The translations under genes and the position numbers were made by a program. This document shows positions 59,454-64,000 of a stretch of 64,000 nt of DNA, piece after piece (position 1 is the first letter of the stretch; every line of letters starts with the position of its first letter). The DNA comes from Gemmatimonadota bacterium (GTDB lineage: Bacteria > Gemmatimonadota > Gemmatimonadetes > Gemmatimonadales > GWC2-71-9): the NCBI GenBank assembly GCA_039933845.1, contig JBDTNH010000001.1:5426-69425 (forward strand). The letters are read 5' to 3'. A model generated the notes under the pieces. That model worked only from the letters and a program-made list of their open reading frames with translations. It was not told the DNA's origin and searched no databases.

Positions 59454-61988
59454 ATGACCGATCACGACTTCCCCGCCACCATTTGGCAACGCCTGAGTGA
59501 CCTGCTCGAGGAATCGCAGGGAGTAGCGGTCAAGGACCGTGTGGCCTGGCTCGACCAGCTTCCGGCCGCTGACGCAGGGTTGCGGCAGGAACTTGAGCGG
59601 CTGCTCGAGACGCTGCCGGAGGTCGATCCACTTTTCGATGCGCCCGCCCATGCACTCCTCCCCGCCGATCTTGCGGTGTCCAGTCTCGCCGCGGGCCACC
59701 GATTCGGCGCATGGTCGCTGGTGCGCGAGATTGCCAGGGGGGGGATGGGCACCGTGTGGGAAGCGGTCCGAGTCGATGGCGAGTTCGAGCAGCGCGCCGC
59801 GCTCAAGGTGGTGCGTGCTGCGCTGGACTCCGCCGCCGCGCGCCAGCGCTTTCGGCGCGAGCGCCAACTGCTCGCTCGCCTTCAGCACCGCAACATTGCG
59901 ACGCTCCTGGACGGTGGCGTGACGGCAGAGGGTACCCCGTGGTTCGTGATGGAGTTGGTGGCCGGCGAGCCGATCACCACCTGGTCGGATGCGCGCCATC
60001 TCACCGTGCGCGCAAGGCTCGAACTCTTCCGACAGGTCTGTGGTGCAGTACAACACGCGCACCGCGCCCTCGTGGTGCATCGGGATCTCAAGCCCGGGAA
60101 CATCCTCGTGACCCCCGATGGTACGGTCAAGTTGCTCGACTTCGGCATCGCCAAGGTGCTCGACGATACCGAGTCGGCCGACGAAGCGGCCACCCGTCCC
60201 GGATCGACGCCCGGCACTCCCGTGTATCTCGCCCCCGAGTTATTGCGCGGAGAGCCGGTGTCGACCGCCGCCGACGTCTATGCCCTCGGCGTGGTGGGTT
60301 TCGAGCTGCTCTCGGGTCGTGTCCCGTTTCCAGCCACGGGGCGGCCGTCGGACGAATGGCGCCGCACGGTGCTTGGACATGAGGCGCCATCGTTGACATC
60401 GGTCCTGGTCGACGCGGTGACGGCGACCCGCGGCGAACGATCACTCGCCGCGCTCCAGCGCACCGTGTCTGGCGATGTGGAGCGGATCGTGGCCATGGCG
60501 TTGCGTCAGGAACCGGATCGTCGATATTCCTCGGCCGAACAGTTCAGCGATGATCTTCGCCGCTGGCTGGCCAACCTGCCGGTGTCAGCACAACCGGATT
60601 CGCTTCGCTATCGCACCATCAAGTATGTGCGTCGCAACCGACTGACATCAGCCGCGCTGCTGATGGCAACCGTCGCCCTGTTGTCAGGGCTCATCGCGAC
60701 CACCTGGCAAGCGCGTGTCGCCGATCGGGAACGCGATCGTGCCAGGCTCGAGGCGGCAAAGGCGACGCGCGTCGGTCAGTTCATGGAGGAGACCTTCCGC
60801 GCCGCAGATCCACGCACCGAGGGGAAGGATGTCACGGTGGCCCAAGCGTTGGCCACGGCGCGTGAGCACGCGATCGTCGAGCTCGCAGCTGAACCTGCGA
60901 TTCTTGCCGGTGTCCTGTCGAGCATCGGCCGCACCTATCTCGGCCTTGGTCGATACGACGAGGCCGACAGCGCCTTGCGGCCGGCGCTGGCGCTCGAGCG
61001 CTCGCGGCATGATGGCTCGAGAACCGGTCTGCTCGACGCCCTGCACAACCTGGCCACCCTCGACGCCGAGCGCGGCCGGATCGCTTCCGCAGAATCACTG
61101 TTCACCGAGGCACTCACGCTGGCGCGCCAGGCGCCGGCCGATTCCCTCAGACTCGGCACCGACCTGGATGGCTACGGGTCGCTGTTGCTCGACAAGGGGG
61201 ACTTTACCTCTGCAGAACGGACGCTCCGGGAGGCGGTCGCCGTCCGCCATCGAGTGGATGTTGACCAGCCCGAGGAAATCGCTGGCACACTCAACAATCT
61301 GGGGGTCGCCCTGGGACAGCAACATCGTTGGTCGGAGGCCATCCCTCTTCACCGCGAGGCGCTCGGCCTGATGCGTCGCGCGCGCGGACCGGAGCATCCC
61401 GACGTGGCCACCGCCCTGAACACACTGGCGAACGCCTACACCATCACTGGCGACTACCGCGCCGCCGACACCCTATTCCAGCAAGCCATGGCACAACGGA
61501 TCCGTCTGCTCGGCCGTCATCATCCGGAGGTGGCGTGGACCCACTACAGCTATGCCGATATGCTCCGGCTGTCCGGTGATTTTCCGCGCGCCTTGGTCGA
61601 AGCGCGCGCCGTGCTGGCGGAACGCGGTCGGACGCTCCCCGAGACCCATCCGATGATTTCCAGCGCCCTGCACGTCTACGGCCGGAGTCTGTTGGCCACC
61701 GGCCGGAGCCGTGAAGCGGAGGCGGCGCTAAGGGAGAGTCTCCGATTGCGCAGGCTGGCGTACTCGCCCGGGCATTGGCTGATCGCGAGCGCAGTCGGGG
61801 CCGTCGGCGAATGTCTGCTGGCGGAGCGGAAGTACTCGGCTGCGGAGGGGATGCTGCTCGAAGCCTACCAGACGCTGCAGGACTCAAAGGGCCGCGCGGA
61901 CCAGCGGACCCGCGAGGTCGGCGCGGCGCTGGATCGCCTCCACCACGAAACCGGACGCTCCGAGCTGACCGCGACACACCGCAAGTGA
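59454..61988 (+). CDS. Hanks-type Ser/Thr protein kinase with TM and TPR repeats (ECF-sigma-associated type)
   Basis: N-terminal WQRLSDLLEE...WLDQL....LRQELERLLE extension. RGGMGTVWEAV, AALKVV, HRDLKPGNILV, LLDFGIA, GTPVYLAPE. TM segment AALLMATVALLSGLIAT. TPR_12-like repeats (TLNNLGVAL, ALNTLANAY). Confidence 0.85.
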   Translation: MTDHDFPATIWQRLSDLLEESQGVAVKDRVAWLDQLPAADAGLRQELERLLETLPEVDPLFDAPAHALLPADLAVSSLAAGHRFGAWSLVREIARGGMGTVWEAVRVDGEFEQRAALKVVRAALDSAAARQRFRRERQLLARLQHRNIATLLDGGVTAEGTPWFVMELVAGEPITTWSDARHLTVRARLELFRQVCGAVQHAHRALVVHRDLKPGNILVTPDGTVKLLDFGIAKVLDDTESADEAATRPGSTPGTPVYLAPELLRGEPVSTAADVYALGVVGFELLSGRVPFPATGRPSDEWRRTVLGHEAPSLTSVLVDAVTATRGERSLAALQRTVSGDVERIVAMALRQEPDRRYSSAEQFSDDLRRWLANLPVSAQPDSLRYRTIKYVRRNRLTSAALLMATVALLSGLIATTWQARVADRERDRARLEAAKATRVGQFMEETFRAADPRTEGKDVTVAQALATAREHAIVELAAEPAILAGVLSSIGRTYLGLGRYDEADSALRPALALERSRHDGSRTGLLDALHNLATLDAERGRIASAESLFTEALTLARQAPADSLRLGTDLDGYGSLLLDKGDFTSAERTLREAVAVRHRVDVDQPEEIAGTLNNLGVALGQQHRWSEAIPLHREALGLMRRARGPEHPDVATALNTLANAYTITGDYRAADTLFQQAMAQRIRLLGRHHPEVAWTHYSYADMLRLSGDFPRALVEARAVLAERGRTLPETHPMISSALHVYGRSLLATGRSREAEAALRESLRLRRLAYSPGHWLIASAVGAVGECLLAERKYSAAEGMLLEAYQTLQDSKGRADQRTREVGAALDRLHHETGRSELTATHRK

Positions 61989-62020
61989 GCGGCCAGTGAG
62001 CGAAGCTGGCTGACCCCCGC

Positions 62021-62524
62021 CTACAGCTCCTTGCCGTAGAAGTGGTTGCAGCGACTGTGACCGGTGTTACCCATCGGGCCCGGCAGAGGCACGTATTGCA
62101 TCCGCTCGTACAACCTCGCCGCTTCACGCATCGTGTCGAGCGTCTCTAGGTAGATCGTTCGAAACCCACGGTCGCGCGCGGCGGCCTCGAGTGCGGTCAT
62201 CAGCTCGCGGCCCAATCCGAGTCCGCGCGCCTCGGGCAGGAAGTACATCTTCTTGAGTTCGCAGGTGTCCGGGTCGCCGCCCTCGAGCGGCGCGATCCCA
62301 CCACAGCCGATCGGCTGCCCCGTACCGTCATCGACAACAAGGAGCAGCGACCGCGGCGCCGTGTACGTCTCGTGCATCTGGTCCACCTCGGCGTCCTCGA
62401 TCGAGAAGCCTGGACCCACTGCACCGTACGACGTCATCACGGTGCGGATGACCGCCGCGAGGGCGATGTCGTCGGCGGGGTGACTGGGACGAAGATGCGG
62501 CATGCGAGGTTGGATGTCTGGCAC
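62021..62524 (-). CDS. GNAT family N-acetyltransferase
   Basis: KKMYFLPEARGLGLGRELMTALE (motif A), LYERMQY. Start is GTG 62524 or ATG 62503. Confidence 0.8.
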   Translation of the reverse strand: MPDIQPRMPHLRPSHPADDIALAAVIRTVMTSYGAVGPGFSIEDAEVDQMHETYTAPRSLLLVVDDGTGQPIGCGGIAPLEGGDPDTCELKKMYFLPEARGLGLGRELMTALEAAARDRGFRTIYLETLDTMREAARLYERMQYVPLPGPMGNTGHSRCNHFYGKEL

Positions 62525-62527
62525 GAA

Positions 62528-62932
62528 CTACGCGTCCTTGTTCTTGTCGTCCCATGCCATCGGTTCCCAGAGCTCGACCTTGTTGCCCTCCGGATCCATG
62601 ATCCAGGCGAACTTGCCGTTCTCGTGTGACTCCGGTCCGCTCACGACCTCCACTCCGGCGTCGCGTAGCTGCGCGAGTAGCTCGCTGAGATTATCGACCC
62701 GATAGTTGATCATGAACGACGACTCGCTCGGGCTGAACCACTTGCTCTCCTTGGCGGCGAGACTCCAGACCGTGAGCCCGCCATCATCGGCCGTGTCATC
62801 CGGCCACTTCAAGATTGCCCCGCCGAAAGCCTCGAGAGGTAACCCGAGGTGCTCTTGGTACCACGCCGCCAGCGCCTTGCTATCGTCCTTGCTCTTGAAG
62901 AAGACGCCGCCAATGCCGGTAACCTTTGCCAT
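62528..62932 (-). CDS. VOC-family (glyoxalase/bleomycin-resistance fold) protein
   Basis: 134 aa. MAKVTGIGGVFFKSKD... and ...GKFAWIMDPEGNKVELWEP are typical VOC beta-alpha-beta-beta-beta module ends. Confidence 0.8.
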   Translation of the reverse strand: MAKVTGIGGVFFKSKDDSKALAAWYQEHLGLPLEAFGGAILKWPDDTADDGGLTVWSLAAKESKWFSPSESSFMINYRVDNLSELLAQLRDAGVEVVSGPESHENGKFAWIMDPEGNKVELWEPMAWDDKNKDA

Positions 62933-62989
62933 GGAGATCTCCTGATGGTAGTGTCGCGTGATGCCTCTGTATTCTGGTGCAACGGGCGG

Positions 62990-63571
62990 CTAGGCGCCAT
63001 CCGCCAGCGCAATTCTCTCCGCCGCGAGATCCCGATCGATACGCGGTGCCACGTCCTCATCCGTGAGGGCCAGAGCATCCATCGCTCGTTGCACGACAGA
63101 CTCCCCACCCGGGACCAGCTTGCCGAACTCGATTTCGGCGCGTCGGCAGAAACGCTCTTCCCGCGCACGATCGGCAAATGCCATCTCGGACCCGAGCGCG
63201 TGAAGCCGAGCATGCATTCCCTCGTGCAGGATGGTGGACGCGACCTGTGCCAATGCGATCTCGGGGTTCACGCAAAAGGTGAGTTCCACGAGGCACGTTC
63301 GTGATGCCGGGAAGTACGCCCCGCGGCAGGCATACCGTGTCACGAGGATGCCGGCGAAATCTCGCCGGAGATGGCGGCCGTAGTGCGGCGTGTATCGATC
63401 GATCAGGTCCATCGCGAGCCCAAGCCGACTGAGAACCGCGGAAGTCTCGATCTCCGGCCGCGTATTCTCAACGGTCACCCGGAAACCGCGAACATCGTAC
63501 CGACGCGGAAAGAGGTGACGTCCCAGGGTGTGAAGCGTGTCTCGGAGTGTTCCCAAAGGTTCCTCACACAT
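62990..63571 (-). CDS. Hypothetical protein with HExxH motif (possible zinc metalloprotease-like)
   Basis: ORF 62990..63880, ATG 63571 (MCEEPLGTLRDTL...). It contains ILHEGMHARLH. The upstream part of the ORF is Arg/Pro-rich, looks non-coding, and overlaps a plus-strand membrane ORF. Confidence 0.4.
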   Translation of the reverse strand: MCEEPLGTLRDTLHTLGRHLFPRRYDVRGFRVTVENTRPEIETSAVLSRLGLAMDLIDRYTPHYGRHLRRDFAGILVTRYACRGAYFPASRTCLVELTFCVNPEIALAQVASTILHEGMHARLHALGSEMAFADRAREERFCRRAEIEFGKLVPGGESVVQRAMDALALTDEDVAPRIDRDLAAERIALADGA

Positions 63572-63710
63572 GTGACGCGGTGGGCGTGATGGGCACTGCC
63601 GCCTTGACGCACGAGCCCGACGACCGCCACTATCCAAGCTACGCCGACGAGCCTGTCGGGCAAGCGCACGACCATGATTCCCTCGACCCGGATGGAACGT
63701 GAGCAACCAA

Positions 63711-64000
63711 ATGATCGTGGTGACGATCTGGCTGACAGTGGCCATCCATGCCGCGGTCGGCCTCATCACGTGGCGCCGTCCCGGGGGACCACCCCTCGTG
63801 CCGCTCGTCAATCTCGCGATAGGGGCCGCGATTCTCGTGTACTGGGTCCAGGAATGGTACGGATACCTGACGCGAGGCATCCACTGGTACTGGATCGATC
63901 AACTGGTGCCACTCTATGCGATCGTGATCGTGATCCTCGCGTTCCTGGCGCTCTCCGGTCGCTACCCCGGCACCATACTCAACCGCGTGATCTTCGGCGT
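63711..64000 (+). CDS. Partial CDS (continues past window end): integral membrane protein, unknown family
   Basis: Not in the ORF track (no stop in window). From ATG 63711: MIVVTIWLTVAIHAAVGLITWRRPGGPPLVPLVNLAIGAAILVYWVQEWYGYLTRGIHWYWIDQLVPLYAIVIVILAFLALSG... It shows strong GC3 bias and three hydrophobic helices. Confidence 0.45.
   Translation, partial: MIVVTIWLTVAIHAAVGLITWRRPGGPPLVPLVNLAIGAAILVYWVQEWYGYLTRGIHWYWIDQLVPLYAIVIVILAFLALSGRYPGTILNRVIFG

Noticed and set aside
63639-63902. 87-aa minus-strand ORF and the upstream 100 codons of ORF 62990..63880
   Set aside because: The region is better explained by a GC3-rich plus-strand membrane-protein ORF (63711 to window end). The minus-strand translations are Arg/Pro/His-rich.
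1-64000. Search for mobile elements, prophage, integrases, tRNA/rRNA genes and genomic-island boundaries
   Set aside because: I recognised no transposase, integrase or phage motif, no long terminal inverted repeat, and no tRNA-like T-loop (GGTTCGAATCC-type) sequence. The only marked compositional dip is the ~40-bp AT-rich vapBC promoter.

Overview
High-GC, visibly GC3-rich bacterial chromosomal segment. It is densely coded, with about 55 CDS, mostly on the minus strand. Many gene junctions show stop/start overlap, most often GTGA. I found no rRNA, tRNA, CRISPR array, transposase, integrase or phage gene.

Gene content:
- Secreted or lipoprotein hydrolases: GH29 fucosidase, D-aminoacylase, two M1 metallopeptidases, an amidase, a penicillin-acylase-family Ntn hydrolase, a class-C-like serine hydrolase and a PHB-depolymerase-like esterase.
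- Assorted small-molecule enzymes, one VapBC toxin-antitoxin pair and a CspA-family cold-shock gene.
- An unusual concentration of Hanks-type Ser/Thr kinase genes: 7 full-length plus one 74-aa N-lobe fragment, roughly 18 kb of the 64 kb.

The kinases fall into four modules:
1. A five-gene kinase / mini-kinase / PP2C / kinase / kinase operon (22863-31144).
2. A tandem pair of zinc-ribbon kinases (40350-45838).
3. A kinase translationally coupled to a SARP(BTAD)-AAA ATPase regulator, AfsK/AfsR-like (49376-54066).
4. An ECF sigma factor followed by a kinase (58851-61988).

The most unusual nucleotide-level signal is a family of period-7 tandem arrays. CTCRCTT (sense AAGYGAG) occurs at 33831-33917, 39284-39311 and 40312-40351. 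A different heptamer, CTTGCCA, occurs at 16776-16810 next to a G-quadruplex-capable tract in the gpx leader. Each CTCRCTT array sits directly against a stop or start codon.

Other points worth a second look:
- a KAS-like gene with its active-site Cys replaced by Ser, coupled to an unknown lipoprotein;
- an apparently leaderless vapBC promoter with tandem palindromic operators;
- a roughly 100-nt multi-hairpin element downstream of csp.

The taxonomic impression (Gemmatimonadota/Acidobacteriota-like soil bacterium) is inference only. All family calls rest on motifs read by eye, because no database search was possible.
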